From: Ruditapes philippinarum
Lineage: Eukaryota
DNA length: 64,000 nt
Assembly: GCF_026571515.1 (NCBI RefSeq)
Contig: NW_026853013.1
Location: 62,001 to 126,000, forward strand
Reading direction: 5' to 3'
Shown here: positions 1-12,720 of the stretch, piece after piece
How positions within the stretch are numbered: the first letter of the stretch is position 1
Layout of the letters: each line of letters opens with the position of its first letter
Program-made: the position numbers and the translations under genes
Notes under the pieces: generated by a model
Databases searched by the model: none
Seen by the model: only the letters and a program-made list of their open reading frames with translations
What the model was told of the DNA's origin: nothing

Positions 1-1188
1 TACGAAATAAGGGCCGCCGATAGGTTGTCAGACAAGCTATTAATTAATGACATTTAACATCGTTCTTGGAGTTATATATTTAATTAATTTATCTAAGGAA
101 ATATTTATTTTCCCGGAAAAATATCTCTGATTTTGCAAAGAGTCAAAAATGTATTGGACGTTATAATGACAAGAAATTATTTAAGAGTCTTCAGAGACTT
201 TAGAAGCAATAAATCCCATTAGGAATACCAAATAATTTTGATAAAGACTTACCTATAAAACATACAAGATCAAATGGTACACATTTATATCTATTCATTA
301 AACTCACATACATGAAAACTGTTTTTATTTGATTTTTTAAAAAATAGTTACCTTTTTTCACAAATACAGAAATTATTTCAGAAATTTTGTATAAAAGAAA
401 AAAAATTAACCTGTGTATCTACTTTTGTAGTCTATATCTACATAGGAAATAAATGGATTGCTCCTACTGTCTATATTTTAGAGGAATGTAATAAGCATTT
501 TGACAGGAGGTTTGTTTATCTCTTGCTAACTTTCATCAATATGTAGTAACTTAGTACTGTACACTGTACTCTCTTAAATATTCAATTTGTTTGCATTAAA
601 ATAATTCATTACATTCAACAGACTGCTTAATACAAATTATTAATTGAGCATTCGTTTCATGATATATTCTTTTCTACAATTCTGAAATTTTAACTTTTAA
701 GTTTTGATAAGTAAATACGTGTGTATGAAATTGAAACAGATTTGGACTTTTGTACACTCAATATATTTACCTACTCCTAAGATATTAACATAAAACAAAG
801 TAAAATGTCAGGTTTGGGGCTAGACTCTGTGAAATAGATTACACTTATGAATATAAATATTATATTTCTTTTATAGCATTCATTATAATTATGATAAGAT
901 CTATTTGTTAAACAATGATGATACATAAATAAACTATCAAATAATACTCGTGCTTTTTATCGTCCCCGTTTAGCGCAACGAAAATACACATGATTGTACT
1001 CTGTATTTACAGTTAAATTGTGAACGCATTTTGCCTCGTCATAACAACCAGTGATAATTCAACGTTATCAAATTATCATATTTGCAATTAAAGATAACAA
1101 ACACTGGATGCATGAAAGCTGTACGCACATATATATGTTGTATGTTTATTACCTTTTTACCTTTTTGCTGAAGAAGAAATGTGACAAC

Positions 1189-2311
1189 ATGAACGGTACC
1201 AATGCAGCTAGGAATTACACTGACTCGTTTTCAACAGTGGTTGTAATTGAGTCAATCGTTAGTTGTAGTTTATCTATTCTAGGATCATTCGCGATATTTG
1301 GATCTTATATTCTTCTACCGGAAATTAGAAATTCTACCAGGAAACTAGTCACGTGTCTTACAATAGCAGATTTTCTTACTGCATTAGGTAATATTTATGT
1401 TGTATATTCACTGGCTTGCTTTTTTTATTTAGTAATTCAAACGTACAGTAGCTGCAGTTGCAATTTAATAGGAAAACATACCCAAAACGGAAATACTCAA
1501 TAACAATAAAATCGCATTTTGCATTTGTAATTTCATGAGAAATAAATGAACACTAACATTCAACTGATGAATTTTAGACCTATGATGAACGTTTAATTTA
1601 CAATTAAGGCAGTGCTAAAATAGTTGTTAAAATTAATAAATATTGTTCCTTGATTGATTTAGGCGATATTTATATTCAACAGGAATCATTACATCAGCGA
1701 TTGCTCATCTAGTTGGTACACAAAAAGACGTGTGCAAAACACAAAGCGGAATAACAACATATTCTAGTCTCGTGTCATTCTTTCTTACTGTTGCCATTGC
1801 GATTCATATCTTTTCAACTGTAGTAAACAGAAACGATAAAACCTCATCGTGGCAATATCTCGTAATTACTAACATCATAAGCTGGTTATGTCCAGGTAAG
1901 TATAATAATCATATTATTTCTAATAATTTTATAAAAAATTGAAATTGCTCTTTGGACGGGAACGGGTGTAGAAACATCGACAGTTATCAATTCACTCTGT
2001 TGTTCGAGTTTTATAATTCCTCAACATATTATGGAGTATTTGTTAAAAATTATATCATTGAGGGTAACTTAAATAAATAAATTTGCAACATTGAAAATAT
2101 TCCGTTGCGATTTATGTCAAGTTATTCGTTAACGACCGTGGTAGTAGTATATAATACAATGTAGCGTTTGGGCTCCAAGCACTGGTTAGTATTTAATATT
2201 TGACAAGAAAATGAGCCATAAAGTAACTCAGATAGCCAATGGTGATAAAAACATAATTACTGAATTACGGTGATGAGTAGAAGACGACGATGGTGAGGAT
2301 AGTAATAATAG

Positions 2312-2355
<44 letters not shown>

Positions 2356-3899
2356 GTATGAACGCTTTGTACAGTCATGAAGAATTAAAATTACTAGCAA
2401 AGACACTAATCATCTATTATTATTTTCCAGGAGTTATTATTTTTCTAGCTATAGAAAATGATGTTCTTGGTAGTGACAAAACAGAAAACGTGGGCACAGG
2501 TACTTGGTGTTGGTTAAAAAGGGACGTTAAAGACTATATGTTTTGGATGTTTTTGACTGGAAAAGGTTGGGAATTGTTGTGCTACTTGCTGACGACGTCC
2601 TTATATGTTCTTCTGAAATTCTACTTGGTACGTAGATATCCTTATGAAAACGAAATTTGGATATATATACAAATGTACATTTGTTTATATTACAAGATAT
2701 CCTGCAAAAGTAGAATGCGTGAGGCGCATTTAAATAATTAGTTACTCAAAAGCAAAAAATGCATACAACATACAAATTATGGGGATAATAATATGCAATA
2801 TAAATTTATCAACTCGAAGTAAAACATTTGAAAATCCGGAAGTATATATCACTAGAACAAACTTGAAAGAACAAAATCAACGTACGTGTGGCGCACATAA
2901 TTGAAACGATTATCTGCTTTGTAATAAATATTGCGAAATTTGTAGTGTGTTTATAAAGAAATGTGTTAACTATGAGATCAATTTGGTAATCAGTGTTCCG
3001 GGTTAAAAAAATCATGATTTTGATTGTGACTTCAAATTTATGAGAGCGAAATGTTGATTTAAGGATTTGTTTCTTTGTTGGTTTTTTTATTGTGTTTGTT
3101 TTATTTCATTGTTTTGATTTTTTTTCTCTTTTTTTTGTTTAAAGAGTATTCAGATAGCAATACCGGAATACCACTATCCCCAAACTAGATAGTCTTGAGT
3201 TCCTTCCCACTTTCTGTAGTTAAATGTAGGAAGGGAACCAGACTACCAACTAGAATAATAAGACCAAATGGAAGGAATTAAAAATACCATAAACACAAAA
3301 GTAATATTTTTCTGAACGGTTTTCAATGATTGAAATATAAGGTTACTGACTGAATATACGAGAATACATTTTATTCCTCTGTATAGCGCAAACACGCAAG
3401 TTTGCATTAAAATAAGTTTTACTATGATCACTTATCTTTGCATGTTCTATAAATTTTAAAAATTATATATTTATTGTAGCTATTAAAATTCAAGCGACAC
3501 CAGTTCGAAGAGATACACGAAAGTCTCAGAAACTACGATCATAACTTCTTGTATGTTTGGTTTATACTTTATCTACTACGTCTTTGGGGTACCATTCGAT
3601 CGTTTATGAATTTGACAGGAGTGGATAAACAAAGTCCTGGTGTTGAAATATCCAACGTGTTCATGCATATGCAAGCAATAGGTGATCCAGCTCAAGCTTT
3701 CTGCAATTTTATCTTAGTCTGCATCCTTGACAAACCTGTTAGATCAGTTTTGTTTGGCGACTGCGGTAGGGAACCTTCCCGTTCAGATAGAGGTTTGCTT
3801 GGAGAAAACACCACAGGTATCTTCACAGACGCTAGAGATGTAGGTAGTGCAACTAACGTACAACGCCGAAGTTATGGTAGTCTTGACCTAAGTTTCTAA
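1189..3899 (+). CDS. GPR157-like: GPR157-like 7TM GPCR, gene 1 (subfamily A), ~342 aa; exons 1189-1387, 1683-1895, 2431-2627, 3480-3899
   Basis: Four ORF pieces join in frame via GT/AG sites (199+213+197+420=1029 nt). Motifs [22 protein letters not shown], CxxQ..SFFLTVAIA, WCWL, WMFLTGKGWE, LRLWG and IGDPAQAFCN parallel vertebrate GPR157 as recalled (SCALSALGS, SFFWTVAIA, WCWI, WMLLTGKLWE, LRVWS). N-terminal NxT sequons are present. Confidence 0.9.
2312..2354. repeat. (GAT)n microsatellite in intron 2 of gene 1
   Basis: About 14 GAT units are visible. A shorter GAT/GAC tract lies at a similar position in gene 4 intron 2 (~38614-38640). Confidence 0.95.
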
Positions 3900-4887
3900 A
3901 TGTTTGTGAGCCACTTAATGTTGCGATGGAAATGACAATACAAGTAACATTTGCTTGAGTTGAAAACTCCTACATTTTGCAAACTAAGTTACACGAAATA
4001 AGAATATACAATTTGGATGTTCAGAATATCTTCATATATGTTTTGTTTGTTTTCTATTACTTTTTATAATTAATCTGCTCATGTGTAAAACAATTTTTCA
4101 AGTACTTTACCATTAGGGAATCTTGTATTTAACGGTGTAATATATTAATATCTTTTAAAAGAGATCATCGATGTTAATTTAGTACAGTCAAGATTATTGA
4201 TATACTTTAGAATATTGTCAAATACAAATAAAAAATAAATAATTAAATGAATAGTTTAATCGTGGGAATGATAACGATCTAAATGCTTTACATGAAATAT
4301 AAATTTGATGTAACCTAATTAATATATATTTACATTATAGCTTAATCATACATTGTTCCCTTAAGACCACCCACTGACACACCCAGAATAAAGCTTGATT
4401 GCGGCAATGTAATTAGACCTTACTATTAATTTGTTGGTGATATTGATTAAGAGGGTGTATGGGGTAAAATGTTTACTGTAAAAGACAAAAATCAAAATGA
4501 ATTTCAAAATAACAAGGAGTATCTTTAAAATAAATACTCGTCCGAACTAATAGTAATTATTTTACTAATTTTACAATGGCCAATCAGATTCTGAGATTTC
4601 AGATTGTAATTTTAAAATGATCAATTTGATTTTTACAATATGTTCTTCCCTGTAAATTTTACAGGAAGTCAAGTTGAAAACAGACCGACCTTCGGCCGGA
4701 ATAAAATAGTTTGCACTTCTATCATTACACCGAAATTTGAATATTTTTCAACAGTGTAGACAAATTTTATTAGTCCAAATAAAGTGTTATATTCTATTTA
4801 TAACCAATGACTCTGTTTTATTTGAATGAACAATATGATTGTTAAATATCAAATTATTCAGACATAATGATATAAAATGGGCGTTCA

Positions 4888-5135
4888 TTGGCTGAAAATT
4901 AAGATCTTACTTTCAAACCACTTATCCCTCTATCTGTGACTTCGAATCCCGTCAATGACTTTGGATTCTTCATTGTGCGAATGTTTTCTAACTAGATCAC
5001 GGGACGTCGGTGGTTCTACTCAGATGCCCGCTCATGCACAGAGGGACATCTTAGGTCATCTTCCTCCGCCAAGTAAAGCTGAAAGTTGCCAAAATGACCT
5101 TTACAGTTTTAGTGTTAACTGAAACCAAACCAAAT
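4888..5135 (+). mobile_element. tRNA-derived SINE (bivalve type), degenerate
   Basis: B-box-like ttcgaatccc, then core cgtcggtggttctactcagatgcccgctc...cttcctcc..aagctgaaagttgcca..atgacct, then a caaac-type tail. Homologous copies occur elsewhere in the window. Confidence 0.7.
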
Positions 5136-5599
5136 AGATAAAGAAAATGATAATATTGTGTTTCCTATAATTTTCCTACACGGAAAGGTTATATTACGAG
5201 AAATAGGTGGGCATGATATTTAGAAAAATGAAAAATAAAAAAATGAGAACAAAGAGCAACAAGGTAAGGCGACGTTTATAGCCCCGACACAACCAGATGG
5301 CCACCCGCAAAAAAGCGGGAAAGGACACATAAGTGGTGAAACGTTTAATCTAAAAGTTACAAATCTTGTTCTGCTGTGTATGACTTTGCGAACTTGCACT
5401 AAATTTTATATAATTCTAGACTAGTTACAATTTTTGTCGCACCAACGTTGTATAGGTCATGAAGTAGAGATACAAAATATCTAAAGAATGCTCAAAACGA
5501 TAAAATTGAAAATGTTAAAGGCTTGGTTTGATTGACCCTGTTCATCGACGGTACTGGAAAGGACAAGTTAACGTTCACGTCTCTAGTGCCGGTTAAAGT

Positions 5600-5795
5600 A
5601 GAACAAGGCAACTTTCCAGCTTTAGTTTTTACGGGGAAGACCTCTGGTGCCTTTCCGTGTATTATTTCAGTCACGAACGTAGAACCATTCACGTTCCGTG
5701 AGCTGGCTGGAAAGCCTCCTGACATGAAAGTATATTTTGAAAGTTCCTGTCGAAATTCGAACCAACAGTGGCGAGGGGAAAGTAATTTCAAAATA
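5600..5795 (-). mobile_element. Same SINE family, minus-strand copy
   Basis: ggcaactttccagcttta..ggaagacctc..gtagaacc..attcgaacc is the reverse complement of the 4888-5135 core. Confidence 0.65.
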
Positions 5796-7057
5796 TTTGA
5801 AACAATTTACCATCTCTGTCCTTGTATATATATATATTGATCTAAGGATGTATGGAGGCTTTTCTCAAATATCATAGCTATTGTGTTTGTGGTAATTACC
5901 TTTAAAACCCACACACTACAATTTTTGGTACATGTAATTCTGTAAGTAGAAAATGTAACGTGTCTGGTGACAACTCCTTCCCCTGTTGAATTAGAGTCAA
6001 CCGTGTAAACAAATGCGCTTGTGCTTATTTCGAGGTATAAACCTTTTTATGTATAACACAAAAAAATACAAGTAACAAGAGGACTAGAGAACTAACAAAT
6101 GATAAAGAGCTGTTTGCACATTATTTCCTTCCTGACATAAACCTTATCAAATTTACTTTAACAGTAAGACCTATTTAAAAAAGACAACAATTAACATGAT
6201 AATTTACATTAAAGAAAATATCAAAAATAAAAAAAAATTATATCAATGCATGAGATTTTATACGGAGACCAACAATTAGATAAAAACAAACCAAAGAAAA
6301 TTATGTTTTTTTAGATTATCTAAAGTAAAAATTATTCTGGTCACTTAAAATGTTTTTTTTTCCATTGTATTCACATGGTGCAAAGTTTAAAGAAGTTCTA
6401 TGAAGCAGTTTTCATCCTGCCCATACGGTCATAAAATTGTCATACACAATCGGAAGAAATAAATTAAAAAAATTGAAGTAAAAATGTTCAAAGGGGTGAC
6501 ATTTCTTAAAATAAAAATGCTAAGGTTATTACGTTATCAAACTATGTCGCGGATGATAGGGATCATACATTAGATGTATGAAGGTACAACTTCAAAACTA
6601 AAAGAGTTATAGTAAAACATACATGTTAATATACCAGTATATTTAATAGTATATAAAAGATTAAGTAAAATTTTACGTTTAGAGAAGATTTAATTCTGGA
6701 AATATGATTGGTTTTTACAACATCACACGCTTGAGGTGAGAATTTATGAACAATGTGCATGTACTTTAATATTTACCTTTTCATGTTCAATTATGATAAT
6801 ATTATCTTTTTGTTGTAAAATTATGATAAAACTTACAATACGCCTGGTCTTCATTGTCAAATTTTGACAAGGCAATTGTTTTTGTAGCTACAATTAAATT
6901 TTGCACGAACTATTTTCACCATCATAATAAGCACAGTGATAATTAAACGTTATCTGTAACTAAATTCGAAATTAAACATAACAAACATTGGTTTTACGAG
7001 GACCGCATGTACAGTTATACATACTTAATTTTGTTTCCCTAGAGGAAATGTGACAAC

Positions 7058-9595
7058 ATGGACGGTTCCAATACGACAGGAAATTACACTGATTCAGACT
7101 CGTTTTCAACAGTGGTTGTAATTGAGTCAATTGTTAGTTGTAGTTTATCTATTCTCGGATCGTTCGCGATATTCGGATCTTACAGTCTTTTGCCGGAAAT
7201 AAGAAATGCTACCAGGAAACTTGTCACGTGTCTAACAATAGCAGATTTTCTAACGGCGTTAGGTAATAGTTATTACATATTACTTAAATGCTTAAAACAC
7301 AATCACATTTTTTCTTTCATTTTTATTTTTCTGGTTAGTTTTTCCGCCGCAACAATACTGATAAGGTCATATGGCGATTTCCAGCTTCATTGGTGTAGGA
7401 AGACCTCAAATACCACCCTGTACACTATGTCAGACACAAACGGGCACATATGTTGAACCAAGGACGAAAGCGAGCTAGAAAGTAGTCCCTGCCGGTATCT
7501 AACCCATAACGATGCAGAACAATTGGTTTGGGTTAAAGAGTTTTATATATCACTTATAAAACAGACAGTGTTTAAAATTAGTGTTTAACATTATAAAGCT
7601 TGTGCAGCCATAGATTTTTATGATTGTCTTTTTATATTCATCTGGATACATGTCGTCAGCGATTGCTCATCTAGTTGGAACACAAAGAGATGTGTGTACA
7701 CCACAAAGCGAAATAACAACATATTCGAGTCTCGTGTCATTCTTTCTTACTGTTGCCATTGCGATTCACATCTTTTCAACTGTTGTTAACAGAAACGATA
7801 GAACCTCGTCGTGGCAATTCCTTATTATTACTAACATCATAAGCTGGTTATGTCCAGGTAAATATATCAATCACTTGAAGCGGTCTTCAGCATTGATTTT
7901 CTGTTTAAAAAAGAATGCTTTGTTGTGAAAAACTAAATATCTTGGAAAAATGCATCATATCACTAGTAAGCTTTCTTCCAAACAGCGTTTCGAAAGCGAA
8001 AACTATTAATAACACGTCAGCGTGGTGCGTTTTAAATAGAAGATCGGAAATTATTATTTTATCGTCAGCAAATGTCATTTTCCACCTTAATTCTATTGAT
8101 TTGACAATTATATCTAATGATGTATCTAATTATAACATATTTAACTTTAGAAAAGGTGAAGGCCACTTTAATTAAAAATGTATACATTCAAAATGCTTTG
8201 TGGAATAAGACCGGTCGCCAAAACATTTCGTTTTCGATTATTTTTAATCTGATAACGAAGGACAGTGGTCATGATGATTTCATTTATTGTCATCATCAAA
8301 GAAAAAGTTGTCGAAATATTTTTAATTAAATATCAATTCTGCTTTTGTTCTCAGGAATTATTATAGCATTTGCTATTGACAATGGTGTTCTTGGTAGAGA
8401 CAAAACAGAAAATGTTGGAACAGGTCCTTGGTGTTGGTTAAAAAGAGACACTAAAGACTATATGTTTTGGATGTTTTTGACTGGAAAAGGATGGGAAATA
8501 GTGTGCTACTTGCTGACAACATCCTTATATGTTCTCCTGAAATTCTACTTGGTACGTTGATGTACGTTCATATTCGAAAAGTAAACCTAGCACTTACAAC
8601 ATGTACGTGTCAATTATAAATTTCAGAATGCTAAATGCTACACATTCCACTTTTCATGTGCAGCAAAATGTCATTGTGTTTTAAGCATAAGTGATATCTG
8701 CACTGGGTGATAATTGTTTCATAGTCAACATTTCTATATCAGTTTTATTGGCATTCTGCAAGTTTTCAGTTGGCCATTTACAAAGATCTTTACTTTTCAT
8801 TCAATGAAAATGTAGCCATATATGATTGCCAACACATTAAAGCAAAACATACGCGAAGCACATGATTACGACAAAAAAAAATAGTCTGTAATAAGATTAA
8901 TTTAAATCAATTAAATTAATATAATGAATAAGAGCTATTTAGAGGATTTGGTTGAGTTGCTTTATATCGAATTAACGCAGGCGAATGTTTTCTTTCGTTT
9001 TTTGTGGGAGTTGAATTATTTAATCTATTTTTGGTACCTATTAGCACTAACTTTAGAAGTACTTAATTTTCAATTATTTATCAAAAGTAATAGAAACAAT
9101 GAATAGATATGTTTCAAATATCTACAAATTACAAAACATCTCTATGAACGTTTAATACATTTATTGTAGCTATTGCGATTCAGGCGACACCAGTTTGCAG
9201 AGATACATGAAAGTCTCCGGAACTACGATCATAACTTCTTATATGTTTGGTTTATACTTTATCTACTACGTCTTTGGGGTACCATTCGATCGATTATGGC
9301 TTTGACAGGAGTGGATAAACAAAGTCCTGGTGATGAAATATCCAACGTGTTCATGCATATGCAGGCAATAGGTGATCCAGCTCAAGCTTTCTGCAATTTT
9401 ATCTTAGTCTGTATCCTTGACAAACCTGTTAGGTTAGTTCTGTTTGGCGACTGCGGTAGGGAACCTAACCGTGATAATGGAGACTCAATTCAAGGTGATT
9501 ACAATTATATACCCGCAGACTCTGTTGACAAAGGTTCAGTCAATGAATACAGTCGACGTTACGGTAGTATGGACAGGAGAGACAGGATCAATTGA
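7058..9595 (+). CDS. GPR157-like: GPR157-like GPCR, gene 2 (subfamily A), ~346 aa; exons 7058-7262, 7645-7857, 8355-8551, 9170-9595; exon-2 acceptor is TG, so possibly impaired
   Basis: Same exon sizes and phases as gene 4, and exons are open. The intron-1 acceptor reads tcTG (7643-7644) where gene 4 has tcAG. An in-frame CAG lies 15 nt downstream (AG at 7658-7659). Confidence 0.8.
7335..7530 (-). mobile_element. Same SINE family in intron 1 of gene 2 (counterpart at ~37865-38060 in gene 4)
   Basis: aggtcatatggcgatttccagctt..ggaagacctc..cgggcac matches the reverse complement of the SINE core. It is present in both block copies. Confidence 0.65.
7879..8167. mobile_element. Non-autonomous TTAA-target element (Kolobok-like MITE) in intron 2 of gene 2
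   Basis: Ends AGCGGTCTTCAGC and GGTGAAGGCCACT form an imperfect TIR, flanked by TTGA and TTAA. Gene 4 has a single TTAA here (caaccacTTAAttt). Confidence 0.7.
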
Positions 9596-12019
9596 TGAAG
9601 CACTTTATTTGATTTTAAATGGTTTTTTTAAATCATGAAATTAACTAACATTTCATATGATAAAAACATCATACTATAAGAAAAGGTTTGTTTGAGAAAA
9701 ACTACAGAATTTTGCTCGCAGATTCTACAAATTAGAACGAGACAAGAATATACTAACGAGTTTTTAAAACCAAACAAAGCTTTATTCTTGAATATTCATA
9801 TATGACCTTGACCTCTCGATTTAATACAAATATTCAATTTTTGATTCAATAGCCAAACGAATAAAACAATAATGTTAATTCTTTCTAACGCAACATACAT
9901 AGCAAAATCTTGAAATCATTTTGAAATCATTTTGAGTTCTGTAATTTTATTTTTAATGTTGATATTTTAAAATATGTCACCTTTAAGTGGTTATACTAAA
10001 AGAAGGAAGTACGAGGAATCATGCAGTGCGGTTCTATTTAAACAGGCAGTATTATATGTTTAATATTGGTCAACATTCTATATATAAAAAGTATAATGTT
10101 TGAATTTCTGTCAAAACAATGTTGATTTATGTTTGTTAAATATGTCATTGGAATCAATACATTACGTTCCAATCAAAATAAGTAAAAATGTTTTTGGTAA
10201 TATTGCAATATTAATGAATAAAATAAAATTAAAATAATAAATCATGATGGCATTGTAACTGGGCTTCATGTAGTCAAATAAGAAAAAAAGGCGTCATGCT
10301 AATATGACAGTCTGTATAGCATAAACCCGTTCACTTCTTATATAAGCCGAATAACTGATTAATTTTGTACCAATTTTATGTCAACCTTCTTTATCATACA
10401 TCATTATCTTATCTTATACTATACATTGTCACCTTTGATTACAGACGCATATTATCTTTATAAATATCATAAAATATTTAGCGTCTTCTTTTTATTATAT
10501 GATTGTACATAATAAGGTAACATTCATCATAGTTTTGTAATGTTTATCTAAATTATGCCACTATGATATTACGAAAGTGCGAGTATTAAGCGCTGTACAT
10601 GGATGTAGATCTAACTTTCCATCAAATAAACAGCATTTGCAATAAAAGCAAACTCAACAAAACTAATTTGAAAAACTAAGTAAAAATAGCATACTAGAAT
10701 ACCTTATTGAGACATTTAAAGCATGAAACAAAAAGCAATTTAGACACATCGAAGGATCTGATATTCCATTAGAAGAGTCCACCCGAACAAGGAGTACTAT
10801 TCATACCTATGGATAGGGCAAAAACAATAAAAAAAAATAATATCTGAAGCATGTGTCATTCATTTGGCTCACTTGTTATATTCAGAAGTTAAATATCTAC
10901 AACTGAAATACGAAATACGAAATGCATCACGAATAATTTGTCACGTATTGAACTGTGGTTGATCTTATGACGTCATTTGGTAAGATTTGGTACATCCTGA
11001 AAAGTTATATTTTGTTGTTATAAGAGAATTTTGAATTGCATCTATATTACTAATTATTTCATTTAACTAGTTCATAGTACATTTTTACTGTGTCATTATA
11101 GATCTAAAATACTTTTCTAGCCAAGGAATCTTGTTATCTTAATCAATAACTTGCTAACTTGTCTGGAAAAGTATATATTCCCAAAAGGATTGATTCCATC
11201 ATTCTCTGGTCTCGTATATTTCAGTCTAACAACATGCATAGTGAACCATATTGTCACTGCGTTCGTGAAGAAACGTGCCAATAGGTTTTGCTTTTAGCTA
11301 TTTTATCAAGAAGACTAGTCCCCGGTAAGAAAGTCATCTTTGGTATATAAATATTATACACCCTGATTTAGTAAAAATCATGTTGTAGGATTTTTGGATA
11401 AAGATTTTAACAATAAACGTCCGTAAACATTCGGGCAACCAATTTTCATATTAGTTATCATAAAAAATTTGGTTGAGTGTACTTTTTTGCAGTTTTGTTG
11501 TGTGTACTTTTTTGCAGTATTTTCTTCGAATGATCAATCTTTAAATACCAGGTGTCTTTTTTCTTCTTGTTATTTTGTCATGACTATTTTGATATTCCAC
11601 CGATTGTATGAATACTAGTTTACTTGTACCTGTAAATTTCTCTTCCAACTGGAAACAATCCGTTGGAAAAAAGATTCATGAAAGTTTCTCGAATTCAAAA
11701 CAGGCACCCAACGATTGGTATTAAACATCAAAGCTTTACAAAGTAAAGGAACTGGATGTTCGGAACATGTATGCGTCTTATCGAATTTACCCCACTGATT
11801 GGTACATAGACAAAATTTTATTTTATCTCAATAGCATAATATGGTTTAGGCTAAGTTTGTATCCTCATCCTTATGATTTATTTACATCACTTAAAAATAG
11901 AGTGAACAGTAGAATTACAAAACTGAGAATAAACCTTGGATACATTTGTTTTAATGAAGTAATATTTGAATAATTTATACGTACAGTGTAGAATAGAATA
12001 GTTAGATATCTATCATTTG

Positions 12020-12720
12020 TGGTACGTGAAAGTGTTCACTTCGCCACTGAACAAGACATCAAGCTATACATATGCTTTCTAGATGAACGCCAAACTTTTT
12101 GACCGAGTATGGCATCAGAGCTTTCAATATAGACTACATGAAACAGGCATCGATAGCACTTCGTTTCTTATCTTTGAAGAAATGTATAGGTAAATTTCAA
12201 GTACCGTCAGAAATAAAGGTTACGTATCCAATCCGATTTCAATGCGCCAAAGCACACGTCAAGGCAGAAAAAGCTCGCAGTTATTATATTTGTACTTCAT
12301 AAATGGACTAATCAAAGAGCTTGAGACTTGTTGAGCTGGTTTTTGTATGTACAGTATGAACATCTGTGCACCGACGGTAGCACATGACATGATACCTGTT
12401 GCTTTCTCTAAACGATGACTTGAACATAATTATGTTAACTATATGCAGTGAATGTTCATGTTAAACGCGCTACGATTACAATTCAGAAAAGTCCAGGGTC
12501 ATTGTGTTTAACAGTAGTTACAAGCGCCCAGCGGTTGGTGTGGACATTAGGGTCACATTACTTGAATGAAGTTGACGAATACAAACACCTTGAGATTACT
12601 TGTGATAAAAAATTATCTGCAAAGAAATTCAAACAAGAAGCGTGTTCAAAACTTAGAAGAAACTACTTAAGAATTGTGAACAGTGGTCTACACCCGGAAG
12701 GTCTAAATCTGTAAATAATG
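12020..12720 (+). mobile_element. Degenerate non-LTR retrotransposon reverse transcriptase remnant (second copy ~47900-48610)
   Basis: Frame-shifted RT motifs occur in the expected order: CFLDERQTF-DRVWH (FLDxxKAFDxVWH), RQG, FINGLIKELE, PTVAHDM (YADD-like) and EYKHLEI (YKYLG-like). Confidence 0.75.

Noticed and set aside
9444-9638. Overlapping alternative-frame ORF, also at 39848-40042
   Set aside because: It has a non-ATG start, and its conservation is explained by the block duplication.
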